Of a DNA stretch of 64,000 nucleotides, positions 38,612-48,100 are shown piece by piece (positions within the stretch are counted from its first letter, which is position 1; each line of letters starts with the position of its first letter). The notes beneath the pieces were generated by a model. It had not been told where the DNA came from. It did not search any database and was given only the letters and a program-made list of their open reading frames with translations. The position numbers and the translations under genes are program-made. This DNA is from a virus. The stretch is from the IMG/VR virus record IMGVR_UViG_3300020213_000001, one strand, 5' to 3'.

Positions 38612-39988
38612 CTAGAGTTGACCGTTGATGTTCTCAAAGATCACGTTCTTGCGGGGCTGCTTGGAGATCAAGCACTTGAAAGAAAAGTGACACTCGGGGA
38701 GTGACAAATCGTTCATAGGAAGCTTGATTTTCTGATAAGGAGCAAGCTGAGCAAAGCTACAGGTTTCAGACTGTAGTAGTACTGCAGTAACAGAGCCGGG
38801 GCTACGGTTACCCAAGTCGGTAAATACGGTAGTACCAGCGCCAGAATCCTTAACGCGGCCGATGAACTTAGAAGAAGCTGAGTTACCGCCAGATTCAGAA
38901 CGATAAACGTTATAAAGAGCAGCACCAGAAACCTGGGTAATGGTCAAAACACCAGCATCGCCAGCAGCTACGGCAACACTGTAGTCAGCACTCTTTGGGC
39001 CTTCGCCACGAATGTTTTCAGCAGTAACGTAGTAGTTATAAGTACCAGCAGCAAGGATGGAGGAAGCGTTAACTGGCGAAGTAGGAGTGGCAGAGGCAGC
39101 AGCCAAAGCGTTCGAAGCTTCATCGGGCTGGGTCTTGCCAGCTAGGAAGCGTGAGGAATCCAGAGTAACGACACCGTTAGAAGTCCACTGGGTGCGTAGA
39201 TTTGCACCAGTAGCTTCTTGAGCAGAACCAGCAAGATTGATACGCTCTTTAGCGTGGGCAATCTTGTTGTACTGAGAAAGACTGATAGGATCGGTCATCA
39301 ACTTGTCGGCATCGCCGTGTTGCATGGCAGACTTAACAGCTCCGTCTTCAACATAAGACTGAGTAAGAACACCGTTAACACCGAGAGTAACCGACTGATT
39401 GGAGCCGTAGGCTGCAAACATAGCGTCTTGGGTGGTGGCGATGGAGTCAGACTCGCGGATTTGAGCGAAAACACCACGCATACCGGGCATTTCGGCCTGA
39501 AGAGCGGGATTTCCATCAAAAACACCAGCGTTTGAATAGTCATCTTGTCCACGGAAAGAATCGAATTCCATGTCAGATGCTAGGGAGATAGCTGCATCGC
39601 GCTCAGAACGGTCTTCAGCAGAAACACCGTCAAAGGTAGCTACCATGTTAGCAGCTAGGCCAACACGACGATATTGTGCGTAGAATGCCATGGGCACACC
39701 AACACGGGCATACTTAGAAGTTTGCTCTTCGCCAATTCCGTTTTGGAATTGAGCACTCCTACGCATTTTGCCGTAGGAAAGTTGGCGATTGAATTGCACC
39801 AACATAGTCTTAGCATCTTCAGTCTTCAAAAGTTTTTGAAGCTTAATGTGCTTGTCGCTGATACAGAGGTTCTCCATAACAGGAGAGAGATTCTCAATCT
39901 GTAGTGCAGAATGTTGAGTCAAGGAAGTAGGAGCGGAATCATAACCGCCAGCTTCCAAGGCCTTTACTAGATCGTTAATTGCTTGCAT
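38612..39988 (-). CDS. major capsid protein (SPO1/Herelleviridae-like, with Ig/FN3-like insertion)
   Basis: ALQIENL, E.DAAI.LA.DME..SF.G, YYVTAENIRGEG..., YNVYR; GGAGG RBS, strong terminator, biased codon use. Confidence 0.85.
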   Translation of the reverse strand: MQAINDLVKALEAGGYDSAPTSLTQHSALQIENLSPVMENLCISDKHIKLQKLLKTEDAKTMLVQFNRQLSYGKMRRSAQFQNGIGEEQTSKYARVGVPMAFYAQYRRVGLAANMVATFDGVSAEDRSERDAAISLASDMEFDSFRGQDDYSNAGVFDGNPALQAEMPGMRGVFAQIRESDSIATTQDAMFAAYGSNQSVTLGVNGVLTQSYVEDGAVKSAMQHGDADKLMTDPISLSQYNKIAHAKERINLAGSAQEATGANLRTQWTSNGVVTLDSSRFLAGKTQPDEASNALAAASATPTSPVNASSILAAGTYNYYVTAENIRGEGPKSADYSVAVAAGDAGVLTITQVSGAALYNVYRSESGGNSASSKFIGRVKDSGAGTTVFTDLGNRSPGSVTAVLLQSETCSFAQLAPYQKIKLPMNDLSLPECHFSFKCLISKQPRKNVIFENINGQL

Positions 39989-39997
39989 TACATCCTC

Positions 39998-40687
39998 CTA
40001 TAATAGATGTTTAATTTTTTCGACACCGATCTTACGGTAACAAAATTGGTTAATAAGTTCGTCTTCACCTTTCTTGAGATCACCAGAACGTACTTTTTCA
40101 GTAAGTTTCTTGATGATTTGGTCATGAGAAAGATTAACTTCCTTTTCGGGAGCGGTTTCGGCTTCAGATTTCTTGATAAAACCAACACCTTCAAGGCTAG
40201 TTACTGCTTTACGCTTAGGTGCAGAAATGAATTTACCCATTGCTCCAACTAGTTTTTCTACGTTCTTTTTAAGCTCTTCGTTTTCCTTAGAGGAACCTTC
40301 AAGTTGGGTCTTGATGGTAGCCAATTCAGACTTAAGAAGATCGGTCTCTTCTTCTTTTTTGAAAAGTTCAGACTTAAGAAGGACTGATTCACTGGAATCT
40401 TCAGACTTTTTAATTTCTGTTTCTTCTTTAACGAACAATCCACAAATAGCTTCGTAGTGTGCAGTAACTTCAGACTTGCTCATTGAACTGTACATTTCGT
40501 TCATTTCAGCAATGTCTTCTTGATCGTAAGCAACCTCTGTCGCTTTCTGTTCTTTTTCGGTAGCGTCAACTTCTTCAGATTTAGCCAGCACTGTTTCTTC
40601 TTTCTTTTCAGTTTTAGCCAAATGTGCGTGAAATTCTGTTTCCACTTCCGAAATCAATTTCGCCATGTCGCTTTCATTGAATTTCAT
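39998..40687 (-). CDS. capsid scaffold-like protein
   Basis: Acidic coiled coil directly upstream of MCP, with many xxKSE motifs. Confidence 0.7.
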   Translation of the reverse strand: MKFNESDMAKLISEVETEFHAHLAKTEKKEETVLAKSEEVDATEKEQKATEVAYDQEDIAEMNEMYSSMSKSEVTAHYEAICGLFVKEETEIKKSEDSSESVLLKSELFKKEEETDLLKSELATIKTQLEGSSKENEELKKNVEKLVGAMGKFISAPKRKAVTSLEGVGFIKKSEAETAPEKEVNLSHDQIIKKLTEKVRSGDLKKGEDELINQFCYRKIGVEKIKHLL

Positions 40688-40720
40688 ATTATCCTTATGG
40701 TTAAGGGTTAGTGGTTAGAA

Positions 40721-41119
40721 TTACTGAGCTTTAGTTGGCCAACGAACACTTACTTGAACCTTGGTACCAGATGCAGCTTCAGCAGTAGCAAGAACGGTAG
40801 CGTGATTCTTTACGATTAGGTCAATTCCAAGCTTTGCGGCTTCTTGCATAATTTGACAAATCTTAAGAGTGGTCATACCATCGTCACGCGATGCAAAAGC
40901 AAGGGTGTGAGGGGTTAGAGCATTTAGGTCATTTCCAAACACGTCTTTGGAAATTGCAGAAACAACGTCAAAAGCCAAGGAGGCCTCATCGGTATTCAAA
41001 GTTAGCTTGGGCATACCTGAAGCGTCAGAACTCTGAGAAACTTCGAAACCACGGAACTGAAGAGCTTCTTTAAGGTCGCGAGCCCAACTTTCTGATTTAG
41101 CTGTCGATTTATAAGCCAT
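40721..41119 (-). CDS. putative abundant head protein
   Basis: ATG 41119 with GGAGG RBS; first gene of the capsid operon. Confidence 0.55.
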   Translation of the reverse strand: MAYKSTAKSESWARDLKEALQFRGFEVSQSSDASGMPKLTLNTDEASLAFDVVSAISKDVFGNDLNALTPHTLAFASRDDGMTTLKICQIMQEAAKLGIDLIVKNHATVLATAEAASGTKVQVSVRWPTKAQ

Positions 41120-41320
41120 TGTATCCTCCAAAAATACAAACCAGCCTAACTGCTGGTTTTTAAACAATATAGGGGTAAAGATAGTCATTCTGTATAACTT
41201 ATCAACGATATCACCTAGTTATTTGCATGTTTTGTTATAATCTTTTATTTAAAAATAACAACTTAGAAGGTGTATAGCAAAAGGCAATCTTTACATTACG
41301 CATTTGTTAACAGGAAAATC

Positions 41321-42544
41321 ATGTCAAAAGAAAAAAATAAAGCAACATTAATTGACGGAATAGCAAGCTCGGTAGCTCTTGATTCAAGCGGCGAACGTGT
41401 TGACCTAGCAGGAATGGACATTAGCACTCTAGCCGTAACTGGAACTGTAACTTGGGATCATGAGCTTACCAAAACTTCAACCAATGTTGTTGGTAAGATC
41501 TTATTTGCTAAAAAAATATTTGAAGAAAAAGAATGCTCAAACAGTCGCGAAAAGTATTACTGGAAAAAAGTAGGAATGCCATTTTTGTACCTTATATGCT
41601 CTCTTTTTGACAATTTTGGACACTCTGGAGCGAAAGATATTGTTGCTATGTTGGATTTTGACGAAGAGCTAGACAATGAAAAAGTTCGCCAGACAGTGTT
41701 TTTCTCTATTGAAGGCTCTCGTTTGGGTAAAAACGTAGGAGAAAAGGTGGCGGCGTGTATAGCCAGAAAGGTTACTATTACCAATTTTCCATGCAATCAC
41801 ACTTGTGTTGCTGAAAAGCTAGTGGTTCCTCCCAAAGACCTTCCTAAAACATCTTCAAAACAAGCCCAAGAAATCCTGTCTAAATTCACAGCCAGTATGC
41901 TTAAAACCGAGCAAATTGCTGTTGAAATCATTAATTCCGAATACTTAAACTCTATTGGTATCAAAAAAGCCGAACTATCCATGAAAATGGTTACTAGAGT
42001 AAAAGAGCCAACCACAAAATCTACAAATCCACGTCCAAAGAATGGCGCAATAGCCGGTGATAAATTTCCGTATACAAAACCCAAGCCAAAAACAGGTGCG
42101 GACATATACAACAACCCAAATACCTGGAAAAACGATCCATATGTAAGCAACATGCGTAAGGCAATCGCTAAAAGCTGTGCTCCCGGTAGCCTTGCAGGTC
42201 TGGAGCCCTTATCTAAAGAGAAAATACTAAAACACCTAGCCAGTGAGGCGTGGGATAATTTTAGCAAAAAAGAAGAGATTCTTGATTTTCTTATGAGAAA
42301 AGAGAAAGAAGTAGAGCTGTGTAATACCTTTGACGCCAGGATTTGGTCTGAAGAATTCATGAAAATTAAAGAGAAAAACCCAGGATTAGAGAACGATGAG
42401 GGAGCCATGTTGGCGTGGTTTGCCGCTAGCATAATGGCTGGGTATGACCATGCTCGTAAGCTTAATAAAAACGAAGCCTTAGCAATCGCTAAAACATATG
42501 CCTATTTACAACAACTTAAGCTTGAAAAAAAGCTATTAGAATGA
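41321..42544 (+). CDS. prohead (maturation) protease
   Basis: IDGIASS..LDSSGE, WDH (His), FSIEG (Ser), VTITNFPCN; start ATG 41321. Confidence 0.82.
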   Translation: MSKEKNKATLIDGIASSVALDSSGERVDLAGMDISTLAVTGTVTWDHELTKTSTNVVGKILFAKKIFEEKECSNSREKYYWKKVGMPFLYLICSLFDNFGHSGAKDIVAMLDFDEELDNEKVRQTVFFSIEGSRLGKNVGEKVAACIARKVTITNFPCNHTCVAEKLVVPPKDLPKTSSKQAQEILSKFTASMLKTEQIAVEIINSEYLNSIGIKKAELSMKMVTRVKEPTTKSTNPRPKNGAIAGDKFPYTKPKPKTGADIYNNPNTWKNDPYVSNMRKAIAKSCAPGSLAGLEPLSKEKILKHLASEAWDNFSKKEEILDFLMRKEKEVELCNTFDARIWSEEFMKIKEKNPGLENDEGAMLAWFAASIMAGYDHARKLNKNEALAIAKTYAYLQQLKLEKKLLE

Positions 42545-42930
42545 AAAGAGTAGCAATAGCCCTTATTCAGGACTGGAAGCAAGATATTCTCATGGGGCGA
42601 AGGTCAGATAATGGCTTGATGTCACAACCTGGCGGGCATTGCGAAAGAGGTGAATGCCCATATGAGAGCTGTGTTAGAGAGGTTAAGGAAGAGACTGGCC
42701 TAGATCCTAAGACCGTAAAGCTAGTCAAGGTTAAAATGGGCGGCAAAGACGGTAAGGTAATGATCTATCTATTTGAAGTTACAGTAGATCCAGAACAACA
42801 AGTTGATACGTCTAACGATCCAGATAAAGAATTCAAACACTTAGAGTATGTAGACCCGTCCACAGTTATGGACGAGCTACATGTACCCATTGAATATAAC
42901 ACTCTTCTTCAATACTGGATGGACAATTAA
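42541..42930 (+). CDS. Nudix hydrolase
   Basis: Nudix box GGHCERGECPYESCVREVKEETG. Confidence 0.92.
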   Translation: MKRVAIALIQDWKQDILMGRRSDNGLMSQPGGHCERGECPYESCVREVKEETGLDPKTVKLVKVKMGGKDGKVMIYLFEVTVDPEQQVDTSNDPDKEFKHLEYVDPSTVMDELHVPIEYNTLLQYWMDN

Positions 42931-43160
42931 GCGGCTTCTTCGCCGTCGTGGCTGTAAAGAAAACAACCACCACCACCGAATTCAGCAACAACATTTCCGT
43001 TAGACGCCATGTTTTGAATAGCCAAATGCACTTCTTCTGCATCCATTCCTGCTTGACATGCTTTTTTAACAATATCAGATAGTTGGCCTTCCCAGGCACC
43101 ACCAATAGTGTGAAACTCGTACAACCCCTTGGAATTAAACTTGATCCTAAACATAAACAC
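42927..43160 (-). CDS. hypothetical protein
   Basis: 77-aa ORF with upstream purine-rich RBS-like run. Confidence 0.6.
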   Translation of the reverse strand: MFMFRIKFNSKGLYEFHTIGGAWEGQLSDIVKKACQAGMDAEEVHLAIQNMASNGNVVAEFGGGGCFLYSHDGEEAA

Positions 43161-43198
43161 CCCCTGTATTTCTATTCTAACCCAGATTTAAGGGAATG

Positions 43199-43795
43199 TC
43201 AACACGGACTCTTAATTTGATATTTTTTTGCTATTAAGTCTATAATTTTATTATGAACCTGAAGCATGTTTTCTTTTCCGTTAATATTGATAGATTCAAA
43301 ATCCATGTTGAAAGATAGGACGTTGTTGTTAAACCTACTCAAGCCAAGTGATGTGGCGCTATTCCTTTCATGATTAAATTCAGTTTTAGTGCCATTAAGC
43401 TTATCCCTATCATACAGTCTTTTTTTGCAGAATTCCATGTTTAGCGGATTAAGAATTATGTTAGAAATGTTATAGTTAGAGTTTAGTTCCCTGTATATCC
43501 TAATTAATTCGTTGTATTTTTTAAACAGTTCGTCTTGATGTGTGTTGTCTACTATGTCTCGGACTATGTGAGAGGCAATGCTACCCTCACATATTACGAT
43601 TCCGTCTTTGTGAAGACGAAGTAAAGACTGAATATCTAGAATATTAACCATAATGTCTTCACTGTTTGATGAGCTAAAGTTTACCTTAAAGCACTCAATA
43701 TTGTGAGATTTCAATAGGTTATACAAAAGCCCAGTTTGACTGGACTTACCCACTCCGCTTATTCCATCTATACAGATTACGTTTAATTGGCCCAT
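43199..43795 (-). CDS. thymidylate/dNMP kinase-like P-loop protein
   Basis: ICIDGISGVGKSSQ, lid CKKRL..R. Confidence 0.7.
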   Translation of the reverse strand: MGQLNVICIDGISGVGKSSQTGLLYNLLKSHNIECFKVNFSSSNSEDIMVNILDIQSLLRLHKDGIVICEGSIASHIVRDIVDNTHQDELFKKYNELIRIYRELNSNYNISNIILNPLNMEFCKKRLYDRDKLNGTKTEFNHERNSATSLGLSRFNNNVLSFNMDFESININGKENMLQVHNKIIDLIAKKYQIKSPC

Positions 43796-43814
43796 GTGTT
43801 ATACTACCATAAAA

Positions 43815-43823
43815 GCAATCTTT
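43815..43823 (+). promoter_or_regulatory. putative late promoter motif GCAATCTTT (representative)
   Basis: Copies at 26269, 41284, 43815, 49567, 51223 (plus) and 11729, 32837 (minus); variants at 56410, 56646, 60793 (plus) and 41177 (minus); mostly upstream of virion or lysis genes. Confidence 0.75.
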
Positions 43824-43843
43824 TACTTAAAATAGGGATAAAT

Positions 43844-44290
43844 ATGCGTTTAAATGCTAAAGTCTTAAAAAATGTAATCGATGTAAATCACTTCCAATGG
43901 GTAGGACAGGCCTATATTCAAGAAGGAAACTCCAACGATCTTTACATTCAACTTGTAAACCTGGATTGGTCTATCTCCGAAACAACCTACCAACCAGTGG
44001 GGCCCTTTCAGTCAACCTCTTCTGTAAGTACACCAAACAGGTACATATCACAGGCTGCAGTTATTTCTGTTTCAGCTTATTTTGATAGCATTGATGATTC
44101 TGAACAATTCTCCATTATTGGTAGTCAGCCGTTTGCGGGTGATAAGTCTATTTGGAAATTCAGCCTGACAAACGTACAGACTCCAAGCACCGGCAATTTG
44201 AAAATTACAGTTACAGAAGACTCAGTGTCTAAAACCTTTATCATCAAACAAGCAATTTCTGTACAAAGCCTAAATCAAGGCGGGTGTTAA
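43844..44290 (+). CDS. virion structural protein
   Basis: Beta-rich; downstream of the late motif; start ATG 43844. Confidence 0.6.
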   Translation: MRLNAKVLKNVIDVNHFQWVGQAYIQEGNSNDLYIQLVNLDWSISETTYQPVGPFQSTSSVSTPNRYISQAAVISVSAYFDSIDDSEQFSIIGSQPFAGDKSIWKFSLTNVQTPSTGNLKITVTEDSVSKTFIIKQAISVQSLNQGGC

Positions 44291-45112
44291 GTGGCTGATT
44301 TTACCGACTCAAAATCAATTATAAACAACGCCTATCCGGTTCAATCTGTTGAAACCAGCAATCTCCTATCTAGGATAGAGCCTCTACTGACTCCACCTCA
44401 GCTCATTAGCCGTTACCTGAAGGGTGTTCCCTTGCCTGCCTACACAGACGAAGAACTTAAAGACGAAATCATGAGGGCTATCAATAAGATGGAGCTGATG
44501 ACTAATCTTGTTTTCACTCGCACTCAGTTCCAGGAAACAATGCCATATGATGATCGCCTTTATAAAAATTCCATTCACACTGTGGTAAATCGCCGTCCTG
44601 TTATCAGTGTAGAAGAGCTAGGTTTTATCAACGCAGACCAAAATGACCCTCTTTTCTACAAAATCCCGGCTAAATTCATTGCAATGGGATTGGCGCATAG
44701 AGGACAGATTAACATAACTCCATATGGAACATTTTTCGGTGGAGCAAGTAATAATAATTTCAATGGAAGCTCAGGGTTTGTTGGCTTTTGGCGCTTTTTG
44801 GACGCTCCCTGGCATCCGCAGGCGCTTCGCATAAAATACACTTCAGGACTTTGTAAAAACGATGGAGATGTACCTGTCGTTATAAATGAAATTATCGGCA
44901 TGACTGCGGCAATTGATATATTAAGCGCAAGACAGAATCTAAACTCCTACACTAGTCAGTCACTCAATCAGGACGGTTTGGGACAAAGTTCCGGTAGCAG
45001 TGGTCCCCAAATTTATCAAGCCAGGATTGAATTTCTACACACCGAACGTGAACGTATGATTAACAGTATTAAAAACATTTTCTTCCAAAAACGATTTGTT
45101 TCTAATTTTTAA
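44291..45112 (+). CDS. head-tail adaptor/neck protein
   Basis: RPVISVE, P...RIKYTSG, IG..AAI..L, SQSLNQDG. Confidence 0.7.
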   Translation: MADFTDSKSIINNAYPVQSVETSNLLSRIEPLLTPPQLISRYLKGVPLPAYTDEELKDEIMRAINKMELMTNLVFTRTQFQETMPYDDRLYKNSIHTVVNRRPVISVEELGFINADQNDPLFYKIPAKFIAMGLAHRGQINITPYGTFFGGASNNNFNGSSGFVGFWRFLDAPWHPQALRIKYTSGLCKNDGDVPVVINEIIGMTAAIDILSARQNLNSYTSQSLNQDGLGQSSGSSGPQIYQARIEFLHTERERMINSIKNIFFQKRFVSNF

Positions 45113-45115
45113 TAT

Positions 45116-48100
45116 ATGAGCTATAAAAAAACCTTTAAAAAACTTAAGAAAAAAGAAAGCGACCTAAATAAAGGCTCTCTGCAAAGAAAGATGCCCTTTG
45201 ACCCTAAAACAGACGTATCTTTAGAAGATCACGTTAAAACAGAGGGGTGGCAGTGGGGTGGGAAAGACGTTAATCTAGAGAAGTATACATACCCTAGAGA
45301 AAACACTCCTCGTATAGATGGCTCAGCACGTAAGCGTGCTATGCGTAGTCTTCACGGCAAGACAGAAGTTAGGAAACACCCCAAAACAGGCGAAAGAATG
45401 TTTCTACTGCATCGCGGACATCATAGCGATGAAAAAACAGGAAGTAGTGAAAAAAGCTCTTGGACTCCTAACCGTGTTGTAGCTGAAGATTTTGCCAATC
45501 AATATCGCGATTTAAAAGGAGAAGAAGAAATAATAGAAGGAACCGTCTCTTCTGCCTGGATACCAGAAGGTCAAATTCACCACATTCCTAAACAATTCGG
45601 GGCTTCTACTGATATAAACAGCGTGAATCTTTACGCAAGTCAAGATAATACCCCTGAACAGTATAAAAAGATATTAAACAGTGCTTCAAATATTAAAAAG
45701 CAAGGTTCTTCCAATTATAAAAGAGAGCATGAGGTTATTGTAAATCCTCATTCATTGATGCACGCAAAAGCAGGAGAATCTAAAACCTCCTTGGTTGATT
45801 CTAGGATAAATGAGAGGCAGCGTATTTCTGAAAATTCACATGAAGAAGGAAGTAAAAGAGCTAACCTTAAGAATTTTAATAAGCAACCGCTTCGACCTGT
45901 TGAAAAGTCAGAGATAATTGACTTAATTAAAACACCTATCATTGCAGACCAAGATGAAGGGTTTGAGACAAATGTACTCTCTAGCGCACTATCAGACGTA
46001 GAAGTAAATGGCAAAAATCCCTCTAACGTAAAAACATACAAGCTTAAAAAAGACGGTAAATACTATCACAGAATCTCAAGAGGAAGTCAGACCTACCATG
46101 TGATCTCCCTACACCCAGACCCTAAGAAGGAATACATATCGGTATTAGATGGTCACATAGTCGATCACCCAGAACATGGGGAGGTTTATACCGCAGCATA
46201 TACAGGAACACATAAGGATCATCAATCTCAAGGGCTTGGATCTAGATTAAAAAAACTAGCAGCATATCATCATGGTAAAATCATAAGCGACGGCGCAATA
46301 AGTGGCTCAGAAGACGGAAGCTGGAAAAAGGTTTCCAAAGATCCCAACTTTAAAGTTTCTATCGCTCAAACGGCTGATCAGAACTCTCTAGAGGCAGAGT
46401 CTAAAGAAGAGTCAGACATGTTCAATAAAAGACACGTTATAGAACATAAGTCAGCCGGTGGTAAAATAGCGGCCTCTGAAGCTATGAGTAATGACCTAAA
46501 TAAAGGTTCTCTGCAAAGAAAGATGCCCTTTGATCCACGAAGTGTTCCAGAAAAAGAAAGAAACTCCGTAGAAACCTGGACACAGACAAGAGATGGTAGG
46601 GATGAAATCCCAGAGATTTCCGATAAAAATGCCCTAAAAAGGGGTATACATAAGCTTCACGGCAAGACAGAAGTTAGGAAACACCCCAAAACAGGCGAAA
46701 GAATGTTTCTAATGCATCGAGGTGTTGAAGCCTTTGAGCACGACGATGTTAAAGAAAAAGGTGCTCATGATGCAAATTCATCCTGGAGCCCTAGCTACGA
46801 CATAGCACATGGTTTTGCTAAGCAACACACCAGTGCTAACCATGATCGATCCAGAAAACCAGAGGTTTTATCCGCATGGATATCTGAAAATCAAATTCAC
46901 CACATCCCAAGCAGTATCGGAGAGAAAAAGTCTGATTCTAGCATAAAAAATTCAAAGTTTAAGGGAGAACACGAGGTTATCGTAAAACCTCACGGGTTGA
47001 CCTTCTCCAGTCCTATAAAGAGAAATATGTCAAATGAAGTTGAAGACGTTAGTCTAGACGGCAGAATTAACGAAAGAACACCCAATACTTTTGTTGAATC
47101 TAAGAAAAATAAACTAGCAGCAAGTGAAAAAGAGACGAACGATCTAGCTAAAATGTCTCAACCTACTATAACATTCCCTAAGCTAGGAACAAACTCTAGA
47201 CCCGACTCAGAAGTGCAAGTAGTTGAAACCCCTAGACAAAAGAAAATATTTGCAAGAAAATCGGTAATTTCTTATTTTAACGATAAGGGAGGAGGCGCTA
47301 AACCTACACCTACATCTACAATCGACAGGGAATCTAAAAGAATCGAGAATAGTCTTGGCAAAAGGTACCTGGGTGTTAGTGTAGGATCTAAGACGGCTGC
47401 CGTGGGTGGCAAGGCAATGTCTGCTTTTGAAAAGCCGAGTGGGGATAATTTAGATAAACTAAAAGACCATATGGAAAAAAGAAACAAAGTAGTCAGAGAC
47501 TATAACGATTCCTATTTGGGCTGGAAAGAAAAAGAAAAAGAGCTAGCATCTCAAGCCGGTACATCGGACGGTCACGCTGCCTGGTTAAAGCATAGAACAT
47601 CCAAGCCTGATAGACCTAAGTTACCTAGAAAACCCTCAGCTAAAAAGCTGGATAATTCTGAAATCTCTCCTAAAGAACTGGAGTATAGAGGTAAAAGAAT
47701 AGAGGCAACTAAACAGCATGAAGGGTTACACAACACCCTACACACCATCAAGAAGAAATACGGTAAAGATGCGTTTGCTACCGTAATATCTAAAATGGTT
47801 TCAAAATTGCCAGAAAATACGTTGGAGGCACTGAACTCTCACATCAAAGATAAAGGCTATAAGAGCGGCGATTACGAAGAAGTTTTAACTCACGCTAGGG
47901 ATATATTGACTGATCCTAAAACTAGAGATCAATTTAAGTTAAAGAATAAAGATGCTGACAGTCATATAAAAAACATAAAACAAGCCCATAAGAACATGTA
48001 TCAATATGCTAAAAACCTAACGCCTAAGGATATCGGGCATTCTGAGCAGTCTAACGAAGACTTAAAGATAGCTGCAAAAACAGACATGAATAAGGGCGAA

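Noticed and set aside
41797-42432. 211-aa antisense ORF and similar antisense ORFs (e.g. 18067..18459, 36369..36800, 36889..37299)
   Set aside because: They lie opposite well-supported genes, have Ser/Phe/Leu-rich shadow composition and carry no recognisable motifs
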